NCBI GenBank assembly: GCA_973895155.1
Contig: OZ316896.1
Coordinates: forward strand, 310,001 to 374,000
From: Marsupella aquatica
Lineage: Eukaryota; Plantae; Marchantiophyta
DNA: 64,000 nt
Direction of reading: 5' to 3'
The translations under genes were made by a program, and so were the position numbers. The notes under the pieces were generated by a model. The model saw only the letters and a list, made by a program, of their open reading frames with translations, did not search any database and was not told where the DNA came from. Every line of letters starts with the position of its first letter. Within the stretch, counting starts at the first letter, position 1. This document shows positions 35,601-48,798 of this stretch, piece after piece.

Positions 35601-37659
35601 CAGCAATGTAGAGGGAGTTGCAATCCTTGAGTGACAACAAGACTTGGGAGCTCGTGGAGCTTCCAAGAGGTCATCAAGTGGTGGACAGCAAGTGGATTTA
35701 TAAGTTGAAGGACATTCCTTCAGAGGGTGGAGACAAGATCTTCAAGGCAAGGCTTGTTGCCAAGGGATTCACTCAGGAAAAAGGAGTGGATTACAATGAG
35801 GTCTTTTCACCGGTGGCTAAGTATTCCACAATTTGGATCTTGTGTCAGCTTGTTGTGTTTTTTGGTTTGGTGATGGATCAAATGGATGTTGTTACTACTT
35901 TTCTCTATGACAACTTGGAAGAGATGATCTTCATGAGACAACCACTAGGCTTTATGAAGAAGGGCCAAGAGAACTTAGTTTGCAGATTGCTCAAGTCCTT
36001 GTATGGATTGAAGCAATCTCCCAGACAGTGGAATAAGCGATTTGATGATTTCATGCTTGCTCAAGGTTTTACAAGGATGGTGTATGATCCTTGTGTGTAT
36101 ACAAAATCAGTCAAGAATGATGTGTTTGATTTCATCATTCTGGTTATCTATGTGGATGATAAGCTGATTGTGGCTAAAGATCAATCTGAGGTTGACAGTC
36201 TCAAGGCAAAATTGAGTTCTCAATTTAGGATGAAGTATCTTGGTAAGGCCAAGAGGATCTTAGGGGTGGAGATTTTTAGGAACTCTGATACTGGACAGTT
36301 GTACGTGCTTGAGTCAAGGCCAGTATCCGAGGAAAGTACTTGCACAATTCAACGTGGAAAACTTTAAGCCAGTGAGTATTTCTTTAGCTTCACATTCAAG
36401 TTATCATCGGCTTTCTCTCCTACGGATGCTGTGGAGAAAGGTCTGATGGCTAAGATTCCTTATGAGAAGGCAGTAGGCAGTCTGATGTATTTAATGACTT
36501 GTACTAGGCCTGACTTGGCCCTAGCGATGGGCAAGGTTAGCAGATTCATGTCAAATCAGGGAAGATACATTGGGAAGCTGTGAAATGGATTCTCAGGTAT
36601 CTGAAGGGAACACAGGACTATGGATTACTATTTGATAACAGATCAGATAGAACGTTGGTTGGATATGTAGATTCTGACTATGGAGGCTGTCTGGATACAA
36701 GGAGGTCTACAACTGGGTTTGTATTTACTCTTGGAGGAGGATGTACCAGTTGGAAATCTACCTTGCAGAAGTGTATATCTCAGTCTACTACAAAAGTAGA
36801 GTATGTTGTAGCAGCAAAAGCAACAAAGGAAGCAATTTGGTTGGACAAGTTGATCGCGGAGATGGGTTTAGAGCATGGCAAAATGACTCTAAACTATGAT
36901 AGTCAGAGTGCTCTTCACTTGGCTGCTAACCAGGTGATGGATAGCAGGGTGAAGCAAATTGATATTAGGTACCATTTTATCAAGCAAGCAGTGTCTGATA
37001 AAACTTTTGAGCTAGTCAAGATTGATGGAAAGCTCAATCCTGCTGATGCTTTTACCAAAGTGATTTCTTTGGAGAGTTTCTCAAGACATCGTGCTACTTT
37101 GCAGGTTTTGCAGTTGTAGTGCAAGTAGAGTTATTTAGCAATGTGTGACTATTTGTATATGGATTACTCATTCCAGTTTGGCTACGACTTAGTTCTAGTT
37201 AACCCTTGTGGTTTTTAGGTGGAGACCTGTTTAGGTGATTGTCTAGAATTTCCCGCTGAGTATGCCATATGGTTGCATTTAGTCCAGTCCCCAAGACAAG
37301 AGTCAAGGGGGAGTTTGTTAGATATTGCTCTAGTCTTGTGACTCATGAGCTAACCATAGTTAGGCTAACTCGGGTTAGGACTTAGCTAATGTTAGCGGTA
37401 GTGTTGTTGTGTATTAAGCCAGGGCTAATGCCAGACCCTGGTGGAACTTAGGCTCATTGTTAAGGAGCTAGTTGAGAGATAGGGAGAGCTTGTGTTGTGG
37501 ATGCTTGGTATGGCCGGTCGGCCTAGAGTGTAGTAAAGCTCTTGTGTGTTCCCGTGGACGTAGCCTCATGTGGAGGTGAACCACGTATCTCTTTGTGTCA
37601 ACTCTTGTACGTTGGATGGTTCATGGGCTTGCAGTTGCAAATGTTGTCTATGCTCAATA
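32666..37659 (+). mobile_element. Ty1/copia copy A: no 5' LTR, internal gag-to-integrase deletion, pseudogenised; PPT plus 3' LTR 37316-37659
   Basis: gag FEVEKYNGRTDYLLW; integrase PQQNG, WAEAVNTA; [24 protein letters not shown]; RNase H IDIRYHF, ADAFTK; AGGGGGAG PPT before TGTTAG. Confidence 0.92.
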
Positions 37660-38429
37660 GTTGTGAGTTTGGGAGGGTGACCTAGTAGGGGTGACCTCTT
37701 CACCCAGGTTACCATGTCTTTGTGCCATGGGGGCATACCTTGGAGAATGAGGATTAGCTCCTCATATATTCTTCCAAGTTGAGCCTCCCGGCATTAGTAG
37801 AGCTATGTGGGTGTGGCTATGGTGAGAGAGAGAGAGTGTATGCCGGTTGGCATGTAGAGTAGAGCGACATTAGCAGGGTTGTGCTATGTGTATAGACTTG
37901 GAGTCCCGCATGGCTAGCGGGTGAGTTTGGCTCGACTTAGTGATACCTTGTGGTGGGGTCCCATTTCGCAAGAGATTGTTATGGATTTTGGCGTACATGT
38001 ATTGTGTGTCGTGTGATTATCTTTTTCTTGTTTACATGGTGTGCCATGATGTGAGTTGTGTATGGATGTGTGTCCACACAACAGATGGATGAAAATACTT
38101 CTTAGGACCAACAAAACCCCACCTCTATCTTACAGGGGCTGGAGAGCTTTCTCCACTTTGACTCACAAACTACAACAACAAAACAACAAGACCTAACTCT
38201 CCACAAAGACCTTCTTGTGAGAGTGCAAGCTTTACTAATGTGCTTCAAATAGGGCGCGTGGCCTAGGGAAAACCTGCAAGCAATTCCCTACTAAAAGCTC
38301 ACAACTAGACACCAAAGCACTATAAAGAATCGCCAATATGATACCAAGGTATACTGCCCAGACCCCGGCCCAGACCAGGGAAAACCTGAAGTCGCAATAC
38401 AACTTCTAGTTGATCTTACATTCCAACAA

Positions 38430-38840
38430 CAAACCCACTGAGAAAATTCTGTCAGGTATCACATAAGCTTATGTTGCCGTGATGCTACAACTCTTGCTCT
38501 TGATCAATTTGTGGCATGGAACTGTCTAGGGGCTAAGCCCATAGGTTTGGACTATAACACGATCTTCAAGCAACACTCTTGAATATTACCTGATCAGATT
38601 GGTACTTCTGGACACCTCCACATCAAGCAATCCATGTAGAAAAGCAATAATTACATCTATACGATCTAACTCAAGATCATATAATGTCATAATTACAAGT
38701 AAAACACAGATAGTAACGAGTTTGACAATTGATGAGAATTTTTTTGTACAGTCCAAGCCCTCTTTCTGGGTGTACCTTTTGGCCACAAGACGTACCTTGT
38801 AAGTGTCATCCTGTTTCTTCTTGTACAACCATCTACATAG
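38430..38840 (-). mobile_element. Decayed copia RT fragment of a different family
   Basis: YKVRLVAKRYTQKEGLD..AFLHGLL in ORF 38586-38828. Confidence 0.7.
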
Positions 38841-40058
38841 AATAGTTAGGGGCTACAATGCTTGCGTGATCCATTCATTGCAGTTATCATTGAGGTTGCT
38901 ACACAGGCCCAACCACGGTATCCTACAACTACTCAGTCGGATTGAAATGTGTGGTGAACAGTTTCACTAGAACATTGTTGGGCCTAAAGATCCACTAGCT
39001 AGGAGGGAATTTGAAAGTTTGGGTCCATTGGGTGAAAATATGTATCTTTTGGTTGGTTAAGTAAGAAAGTTGAGCTTGGAAGTCCATTACGTAACTTTGA
39101 CCACGTTCCCCAAACAGGCTTTAGAAAGGTTGTACGATGTGAGACGAACAAGTAGCAACATAAACTTTTAAGCCTGTTTCCTAGTGCCCACAATTGATAC
39201 AATTTCAGCTAGTTGAGAGTTTTCCATACACTGGCTGGATCGTCAAACATTGATTTTTGTGACAAAATTTATAAATGCCTATGGCAGGGTTGTACAACTG
39301 GTTCATTCCCAGGTAGCTTCATAAAAAATGGTTTTTCAGCTGGAGAAATACTTTATGGACACCAGATTTTAGGCTGTGAAAGCTTTTTGGTGCCAAAGAT
39401 TCATGGACAAGGTTAGTATATCTCTCCCATCCTTCCTTTGGGGGCTCTTGGTTTTTGTCTTTGTTCCTAGGTTGTGATGGGGGACTCCTTGCCTTGCTCT
39501 GTCTCTTGGCTCTTCTTGAGGCCCTTCCCTCTTCTGTTTTTTTCTCGCTTTATTGGGTTGCTTTGCCTTTGGGACCTGTCTCCCTATTTGGAGTTTTTGT
39601 TGCCCTTTGGCACTTTGATATATATCCTTCCCCATAAATGCGAAAAATACAAAGTGAAATTTCAAAAGCGGAAAACCAGGAAGGCATTAGGAGCCGTAGG
39701 GGAGAGAGCCGAGTTTCATAACGGGGTCGTACGCAAGTACATTTATTATTATCATTAGCGGTTGGACAGCTTCGATAAGGGCTAGTGTAGAGAGTAGCAC
39801 AAAGGGACACGAAAGACAACGAACGACGACGGACAGTCGTAGAGACGGACCGGCGAACAGGAAGATATGCGGACAACGAATTGCTGAGTACTGAGAATCA
39901 AATTTGCTGTCGACGAGTCCATCGAGCACCTCATGGGCTTTGTTATTTGGCGCAGATGAAGCTTGAGGTCGCATCGGCAGTCTGGGGAGATGGCAGAGGA
40001 CACTCAAACTTTGCTGGCGATTTGATCGATTGATCATCTGGGTTTTGGATCGGATCAA

Positions 40059-40062
<4 letters not shown>

Positions 40063-40120
<58 letters not shown>
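40063..40120 (+). repeat. (AG)29 microsatellite just upstream of the SEC23D start
   Basis: Perfect dinucleotide run ending about 40 bp before the ATG. Confidence 0.95.
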
Positions 40121-40124
<4 letters not shown>

Positions 40125-40161
40125 AACAATTTAGGACATCAGGTCGGGAAGGTGACACAAA

Positions 40162-43100
40162 ATGGCTGTGCGGCTCTCGTTAGGGCAGAGTCCACAGGAT
40201 GTGGAATTGCAAGAGGGATGTGGACTTCCATGGGGAGCAACAGTGACTCCATTTGCGGCTGTAGATGAGCACCAGAGACCGCCTGCGCGGGGAACACACG
40301 GGGAGCACTTGCCAAGGTGTGAGAGTTGCTATGCTTATATAAATGTCCTCTGCCAGTTGGAACGCTGGGCATGGACGTGTTCACTGTGTGGTGCCTTGAA
40401 TGGTCTACCCAATGAGCTTGCCGAAAAATATAATCACTCCCCCTCATGTCCGGAGTTCTCCTCATCTTTTATTGACTTTGACCTGGACGGTATGGACTCC
40501 TTCACTCGCTCCTCCTGCCTACCCACATAAGCACCTTTTCTCTCCACCTCCAAGTTTTACTTCCTTTGATCTCTGCGCAAGCTGCAAACTGTCGGTGAAT
40601 TTCTGCTCCGGTACTCGTCCAGTGTTCACACCTGTTCTTCCACTCTGCCTTTTCTCCGAAGTATTATGTACGGATGGATTCGGTCTAACCGAATGTTTCG
40701 TGGAAAATTATCTTGGGATGGTTGTCACTCTGATTTTATCGATTTTGTTGCATAGGATGGGATGCAAGCAATCCCACTTGAGCACTTTTGCATCGGGAAA
40801 ATTTGATGTGTTGAATGATCCCGAAATCTTCGATGAGCAGCTTTTGTTGTTGTCTGTTCATCAAAATCTCGCCGGCTATCTTGCCTTAGTCTTTCAAGCT
40901 TGAAATCTGTCAATCTTTCCACCAAAGGCCCCACTGTTTAACTCTTTCAGATATGCAATAGTTGTCCAATGTCGAGGTCCTATACTCAAAACCTTACGCG
41001 TTTAGGAAACTATATCTGTGCTTGCATTTGCGATCCAGTCCGCCAACTCTTCTGACAAATGGCTACAGAGCAGTTCGCTAATTTAACACGATTACACACT
41101 TCTTATAGAATTTATTTTTGTGAGCAGAGGGAGATGACTTAACATCAGGACAGGATTTTGCAGCGCGCCCTGTATTTGTTGCAGCAGTTGATTTGTCAGG
41201 TATCACGTCGTGCCCTAGTACAAGTTGCGTGCGCTGAGTCGTTTCTGCGTTCCGCCAAAATAAAAAACTGAAAGTTCGTTAAGATGTAGTAGCTACTTGT
41301 CATGCTTCACTGAGTTGTATTATTGAGCACATATTTATAGGGTTGTATGTCCCTGTCACAGCTTCTGAAGAGTTCTTGGAGTTAGTCAAGAGTTCCCTTC
41401 TGGCTGCCCTGGAAGGTATTCTGTCCCTACGACCCAAATCTCTCGGCTTTCAATTCTGGTCATGTCGAATCTGGGATCAAAGTCAAGTAGTTAAGAAGTT
41501 CATCTAGCTAATATGTACTTCTACGTACGCTGAGTTATGCTTTGGCATCGCGAGATGTATGTGCGGTTGAAGTTTATGGAGGCCTTTGAGACTGTTTCTC
41601 ACTTAACGGAGGTTTGGCTTATGGCAGCTCTAAGTCCGGGATCACTGTTTGGTCTCGTCACTGTCAGTCACAAAATCGGGCTCTATGACATTCAAGGAGC
41701 AGTTCCGGTTGTTAAGTATGTCATCATCCCGGCAGATAGTGATGGAAAAATCCCAGTAGAACTGGAAGCTATAATGCCACTCCAGTTTTTCCTGGCACCT
41801 GTAAGTTCTCTCAATTCAGTTCGAAGGGGGGTCTCCGTTCTCCCTTTTTTGACTGGAAGGCTGCACCGCAGTAACGCTGCTTGTCTCTCAATTAGTGATT
41901 AGTTATCGAAGTTGGGGTTCACCTAAACTTCTTCCGTGGTCTAGATACTGATGGAGCAAATCTCATTTATTTTCAGAGAAAAGCCCGTGCATTTGTGTAA
42001 TTGCCTGTAGGAGAAGTTGGTTGAAATCGCTTGCATTAGCATAGTCATCTACACTTCTCTTGTCTGTGCCATGCACGGACCGAAAACTAAGCAAACAACA
42101 ACCTGACGTGTGGGTTGGTCTGAAGAATATTTACTCGCTGACATATTTACGGAAGTAAACTGCATTAGAATTAGTAGTGTCTTTGCAAAGTGTGTCGTCT
42201 TTTTGGGTATAGACCTATCTACATGAAGCTGAATCTGCATTTTGATGTCTACAAGACTGCATTAGAAAGGATCTCACAACTGTAATCTCATTCTTGAATG
42301 TACGAGAGGTGCAATCTGGTGCCCAAAATGCAAGTGGATAAGTACGTGGTCAGTCCTCTGATGAAGTCAGTTTTGAAACCAGGTGGAGACCAGTAAGGAA
42401 CTTATTGCAGCCGCTCTTGAGACATTGAGACCGACGAGCTCTTGGGAGAGGACCACAGCAGCTGGACAGACAACCGCGGAAGGCATAGGCCTCGGTGGTC
42501 GAGGCTTTGGTGTTGCCATGGATGCTCTCATCAGGTACTTGGGTGCGGAGCATGGCACCACGTTTGCTCTTGGTAAGTTCCCTACTGCTTTATCTCCCAT
42601 TACTCCGTAGGTATGTCGGGGGATCTCTCCTAGTCATTGCAGTTTCTGTTCTTGACAAACTCCATGCTGTCTTGGATCCGGGTGGAAACTCAAAGTTCCA
42701 TGATCTCGTTATATCAGTGACGGCATTGTGAGAGTAGACTAATGTCCTGGTAGTCAGCTAGTTCCCTGGAAATGGTAACCGATCTGCAACAGTTTTGAGC
42801 GGTTTTATGATGTCTTCCAGGCCTATAAGGGAATGGATATTTAGTTGCCTGTCTTTGTATCCAGGTTTTGCTAGTCCCATTTCTTTCTTTGCTTCCTGAG
42901 ACAGGCTATTGACAGCGTACATTTCCTGCACTTGTGCAGCTAGGGTATTCTCTTTCCTTTCAGGCCCTCCAGACTATGGAGCTGGACAACTAGATACTCG
43001 TCGCTATGGTGAACAATACGCAAGCAAGGGTGAAGATGCAGACAAGGCTCTCCTTCCAGAGCAAACTCCCTTTTACAAAGATCTGGTAAGTTGCATAGTT

Positions 43101-46100
43101 TTAGGGTGCAGCTGTGACCGATGAGAATAAATTTGAGTTATGCTCGAATTCCGCTCATTTTACTTTATGGGAACCGTGGTGAACTGACACTTTTTACATG
43201 ACAACTAGGCTGCGACTGCAGTCCAGTCGGGAGTTTGCATAGATATATTTGCGATCACCAACGAGTATACAGACTTGGCCTCTCTCAAGTTTTTGAGCAT
43301 TGAAAGTGGGGGTGGACTTTTTCTATATTCTAATGCAGACGAGGCAACCTTACCTCAAGACCTGTATGTTCACAAGTCACTTTTGAATTAGTTTAGAAGA
43401 TAAGGACGACAGAATGGACCTCCCCATCATCTCCTGCATTGTTGCATGTTGACATGCTTGTCGTTTGTGTATGTGATACTTGTAGTCATACTTAGCTTCG
43501 GCCGGACTCTCTTTTGGATGTCTGACATTTAATATAAACTTCTATGCAGGTATCGAATGCTTAGTCGTCCGTATGCATTTGGCTGTGCCTTACGAGTCAG
43601 AGCATCTCCGGAGTTGAAAGCAGCTCGTGTAGTAAGTCTACCCTTTTCTGACCTACTTACCTTCCTCGTTAGCCGCTGTCATTAATATACCACATAAGAC
43701 GAGTAAGGTTTTGTCAGATTGCCTGGAAATTATTATTTTTCACAATTTCAAATGTTATTCGGATGGAGTTTGGCGCAATTGACGAACCTGATACGAATAA
43801 CTGAAGCACTTGACTGCCTGGCATTGTGGCAGCTGGGGCACTATTTCCCTGATCCTCAGTATGAGAATCTGCAACACATCATCTGCTGCGACCAATACAC
43901 GACTTATGCGCTGGATTTTGAGTTCACATCTCCGAATGGCCTGAGCAGGTACAACCAGGACTTCACTGCAATGCTCCACTCTACTTCATGTTCTGCAGAT
44001 AGTACAACAATGCCCTGCACTTGAGTGTTTTCAGCCGCACTGAATGGCTCTGGTTTCTCCCTTCCCGTTCCTTCCTGTCACTTCATCATGTTTATTTTTG
44101 TCATTCTCCGCAGCGATGCAAACTCGTGTAAATATATGCAGAGGACGAAAACATTTTAAATTTTGATACGAAGTGCAGGAACAATGAAGCTCCTCCAGTT
44201 ATCCAGATTGCTTTTAAGTATACGGTAATGATTCGTGCTGATGAAGAGGAGAAATACGTTAATGGGAAGACGGATGCTCCTTTGACAGGGAAATGGTATG
44301 TTGCGAAGCGTGCCGACATCTCATGTGTCGTGTGTCTACCAAGTGTAGTGCAGAGCTGACGATGGAAGTGGAAACATATCATATGTACTCAAATCACTTG
44401 TAGTTGTTTTATTTTTATGTGAAATGGAAGCTGTAGACAACTGAAGAACTAGGTACGGGTGTGTTGTGTTCTGCAAAGAAATAGTATTCTGACTCAGATT
44501 TACACTTCATGTGAATCCGTGATATCAGGTACCAGTATGTTTTAAAGAAACGAATCAGAATAAGAACCGTACAGCTTGGAGTTGCGAGCAACATATATGA
44601 TCTTTTTGAGAGCGCAGACCCAGAAGTTATTCTCACTATTCTAACTCACAAGGTTAGCTCTTTCTTTGGGTCGCCCTTTTTGCAAAGATAGTCATGCCTT
44701 GTTAAGTAAGAACAGTCCCGTTAGAGGATTAGTAGGGGAGTTTACTGAGATCATGAATGCATGGGTAGATAGTGCTATATTGTAAAGGCAGCCCTTCGGC
44801 TAGGTTGACTAATATCTGGCTCACTCGTACCCTGCCTTTATCTATATCTGTTGTATGATATATACGAATTCTAGATAGTCCGCCGGTATCTTTCGTGGCA
44901 TGTGGGAGTAGTATTGAACTTTTCCTCTCTTAATCACAGATCATTAAGGCATCGCTAGAGGAAGGTGTTAAAGAGGGCCGGATTCTACTGCACGATTGGC
45001 TGGTTATTTTGACAGCGCAGTATAATGAGTTTTATAAGCTAGCACGCTTTGGAGAATCTGGTTCCTTCAATAGACTGGATGTGGCTTTCTCAAAATGTCC
45101 ACAATTGCAGCCATTGCCTAGACATGTATTCGCCTTACTGAGGAGTCCTCTCCTCCGTTTGCATGAGGAGGGTGTGCACCCAGACTACCGAATTTACCTC
45201 CAATGTCTCGCCAGGTATATTCAAATAACTCGACGGTACTAGTCTTCAACTTGTATTTCTCTGTTAACGCCAAGACTGTAGGGCTCAAGGGAACAATGTC
45301 TACAAGAGAAACCAAAGTCTATGAGGCTGTGTAATTGCATTGCCACAATGTTAGTCATGAGAGTACGTCGAAGTTTGTGGGCCTTACTTTCCCAAATGGG
45401 TTTACAAGACCTCATATCGATAAGACTTGCAAATGACGGGCTCAATTGTTTCATGGGGAGATTATTTGCACCTACACTAATGTGGCTTATCTGGATCGAG
45501 TCTGAATTTTCTTTCGGCTATGTAGTTGGGTCTTATGTGATTGATGTTCTTTGTTTGGCAGTGCCTTGGAGCCGTCCTTTCTTTTGCGACTGCTGTACCC
45601 CGTACTCTCTTCATATACAACTCCAGATAAGCAAGCTTATTCAAGGCATTCTCTAAGTAGAGCAGCTCTCATTACAAGTGGCAGTCCGATCTTCTTCTTG
45701 GACGCGTTCACGACTCTGATTGTGTACTACTCACCCACTGCAGACCCTGCAATACCATTTCCTCCACCTCAAAATTGTAAGCTTGACGATAACTTTCCTT
45801 TCTATTTTCTGTTGTTCATGGCTCTCTGCTACATTTTCTAAAGTCACGAGGCTCACTAGGGGAAGAATTCACCACAGTTCACGAAACAGGGAAATTATGG
45901 TGCTTTGCAGTTTCACATTTAGAATCAGATCTCTTGCATCTAATCCTTCAACTGCGGGAGTCCTAACTGAAACTTACGCTTTTCGCAATTTGGAGGCATC
46001 TTACACTTGTTTTTCATTTGTTTTCTTTTTCTCTCTAGTACACTGCAGATCTCAGAATATTGTTTGAGGTTCGTGTTGGTGTGATGGTATTACTGAGCTT

Positions 46101-46518
46101 TCTTTTGATGAGCATATTGAAACCATTTACTGCTACATTCTTGGGAAGTGTTAGGATTGTACTGAGACCAGAAAAGATGGATGTACGTGATTATTGAGTG
46201 TCAGTGTAAAGCCAGCTAGCTTCGAACGGGGGAGGGCAGCGAGCTATGAAAGTGCTTCGGGAAAATTTGTTTGAAGCTGAACAGGAGTGAATGCTCGATG
46301 TTGCAGGTCAATTGCGAGCAGTTATAAACAAACTGAAACAAGAAAGGAGCATCACACCAAAACTTCTGATGATAAGAGGAGGTCATGACAATACAGAGCC
46401 TTTTGAGCATTATCTTATCGAAGAGCAAGACGTGGACGGGTCTGGTGCTTCAACCGGGCTGGGATTCGTGTCCTTCCTGGATCAAATAGGGCGGGATGTA
46501 CTGCAATACATGAAGTAA
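40162..46518 (+). CDS. SEC23D: COPII Sec23/Sec24-family protein, SEC23D/At2g27460-like; 14 exons: 40162-40489, 41128-41199, 41362-41415, 41628-41800, 42383-42572, 42940-43085, 43209-43363, 43550-43631, 43833-43948, 44179-44295, 44529-44652, 44940-45214, 45562-45776, 46307-46518
   Basis: Zn finger RCESCYAY..WTCSLC, GLPWGATVTPF, trunk RPVFVAAVDLS, GPPDYGAG, gelsolin-like FFLDAFTTLIVYY and C-terminal YLIEEQDVD. All introns are GT-AG and phase-compatible on manual splicing. Confidence 0.9.
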
Positions 46519-48234
46519 CTAGATGAAGCGCATCTCCTTTTACACGTCATGAAGTTCCGTTTTGGAAGAAGTGGGAGCGGTCATTTGATTTGGAGACCTT
46601 CCGCATTGCTTACTTTGGTACATTGCTTACTTTTTGTGAGCATCATCTTCTCTGAGAGACGAGTTTCAATCATTCTCCATGACCATGCCAAGCCATGGAT
46701 GGCTTCTAATGCTAAAGTTGACCTTCAAAGAACGTCATCTTGTCAACATCTGACCAACCGGTGAGGGTTTAGGGTTTTGCCTTCATTCTTGTTAAGTGTT
46801 TCTCTTCATATGTATTTTATGTGGTTTATTATATTGTGGCCCTACGTTTTTTGTTGTCCAAAGCATTGTTCATACCAAACCCTCAAAACTCAGAATTTGC
46901 ACAGAAAATTGCAGTTACTTTCGTGTGAAGAGCTTTGTGATTGATCATCACCACTTCAATACTTGTTCATTGAGGATCCTTGTATACTTGATTTATCGTC
47001 ATTTATCTGGGAACTGCGCAGGTCGTGCTATTCAACAGAAGCTGCCGAGGGAGGAGCTTCCAGAGTTTTTTAGTTTTTTAAGCACGGTATTACTTCTCTT
47101 TAAACCAAGAGGAAGTTCGATTAATTCATCCACGTCAGAAAAATCTCATTTTGACATCAAATTTTGAGTTCAAATGACTGCTGATTGGACATGCATATAT
47201 GTAGATGGCAATTTTTGTCATTTTCTGCCTAGCACAGAACCTTTCCGGAATTCTGGAATAAAAGGTTGAGGGGAGAACTCGTAGCAATTTCAAGCGCTCT
47301 CTTACTGGTCATATTTTGAATTCAGGGACGCATTGAAGATTCTCTGAATGCTGTCAGAATTGGATGCAAGGAACGGCCTCTACTTAAACCCAAAGGAGTT
47401 CAAAGAATAGTCTCAAACTGAATTGAAGACAAGATGGAACGTGATCAGTAGGGAGCCTAGCTGCAGAAAGTGACTAAACGCTTTGTAGCCATCGGTGCTC
47501 CAAAACGGAGCTCGACCTTCGATCACTCATTCATTCGTATCCAATACTCTGCAGTGAATTGCGCAACCATATTCACAGCACGATCCTCACCGTCAGCAGA
47601 ACCATTCGTCGTCAACATTGGCCAGGCAAATTTCGAGAGGCATGCTGCCCGCATTCGTGCTTTCTTAAACAACAGAAAGATGCAGATGTGAAATAACTTT
47701 GTCTCGTAACAAGGTGACTTTACATTGATATCGAGCTCCTCTGCAAGAACGGTGACTACCGAGTCAAACAAACTTGAATTTTAATAATGCACCTTACACT
47801 CGTCACTCGCTGTCCTCGAAGATTGGCATCCACATATTATGCTCAAGACTTACACGCGGTGCTCTATACTTCAAATCAGCTTACTAGTCTCTGGTGCTTC
47901 CCAGAAATGTAATTGGTTGGCACATAAGTGAGCAGACTAGGAGTTCCTCAACTCAGGACGTACCAGAATTTCATGAATAATTTTTACACGCACCAGCTTG
48001 TGGCAAACATGTGAGCCAATGTCTCTGTCCAGAGCATACCGCACGATCGAGTAACAAAAAGGAACATGTGAAGAGGCGATACAGGCGATACAGAGTTGAG
48101 ACTTCGATTGGAAACGTCAAGCTGCACCTCAGTGATCGTCGACGCAGGATGTCGTTCTGCAATGATTGTACTTGTCTGCTCTATGACTATTCTTAACCCA
48201 TGTTTGGATGTGACACAACGTGAACCGGTACAGA

Positions 48235-48798
48235 TCACTGCCTCAAGCTCTCCACGATATAATTGGCGTACAGATCCATCGCGTGACTGACGGCATTAAC
48301 AGCATGCTCAGCACCTAGAAACTCATCAACCGCGACCTCCTTATTCTCGTTCTTTTTATAGTCTTCAAAAAAGCGACGAATTTCGGCAAGCCGATGCGGC
48401 GGAAGCTCCTTGATATCCGTGTAGTGCCGATACTCGGGGTCATCCGCGCAGACAGCGATAATTTTGTCATCCTTCTCACCCTGGTCAATCATCGGCATGA
48501 GACCAATGGCTTTCGCACGCAGGAAACAGCCCGGGATGACAGGTTCCTGCATTAAAACCAATACATCGATCGGATCATTGTCCTCGCAGAGTGTTCTGGG
48601 AATGAAGCCGTAATTGTGCGGGTACACCACCGAGGAGTACAGCACGCGATCAACTTTGATGAGCCCGCTGTTCTTGTCGAGCTCGTACTTTACTTTGGAA
48701 CCCTTACCAATCTCCACCACCGTGTTGAAAACCTTCGGCGCATCGGGCCCGATTTCCAAATCGTGCCACGGATGCGCAGCCACCGAGCGCCTCGCCAT
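48235..48798 (-). CDS. PPA: Soluble inorganic pyrophosphatase (family I, plant cytosolic type), intronless, 187 aa
   Basis: [45 protein letters not shown] (PPase signature), [23 protein letters not shown]. Confidence 0.96.
   Translation of the reverse strand: MARRSVAAHPWHDLEIGPDAPKVFNTVVEIGKGSKVKYELDKNSGLIKVDRVLYSSVVYPHNYGFIPRTLCEDNDPIDVLVLMQEPVIPGCFLRAKAIGLMPMIDQGEKDDKIIAVCADDPEYRHYTDIKELPPHRLAEIRRFFEDYKKNENKEVAVDEFLGAEHAVNAVSHAMDLYANYIVESLRQ

Noticed and set aside
40400-40903. 167-aa ORF
   Set aside because: Overlaps SEC23D exon 1 out of frame and continues into intron 1; no motif.
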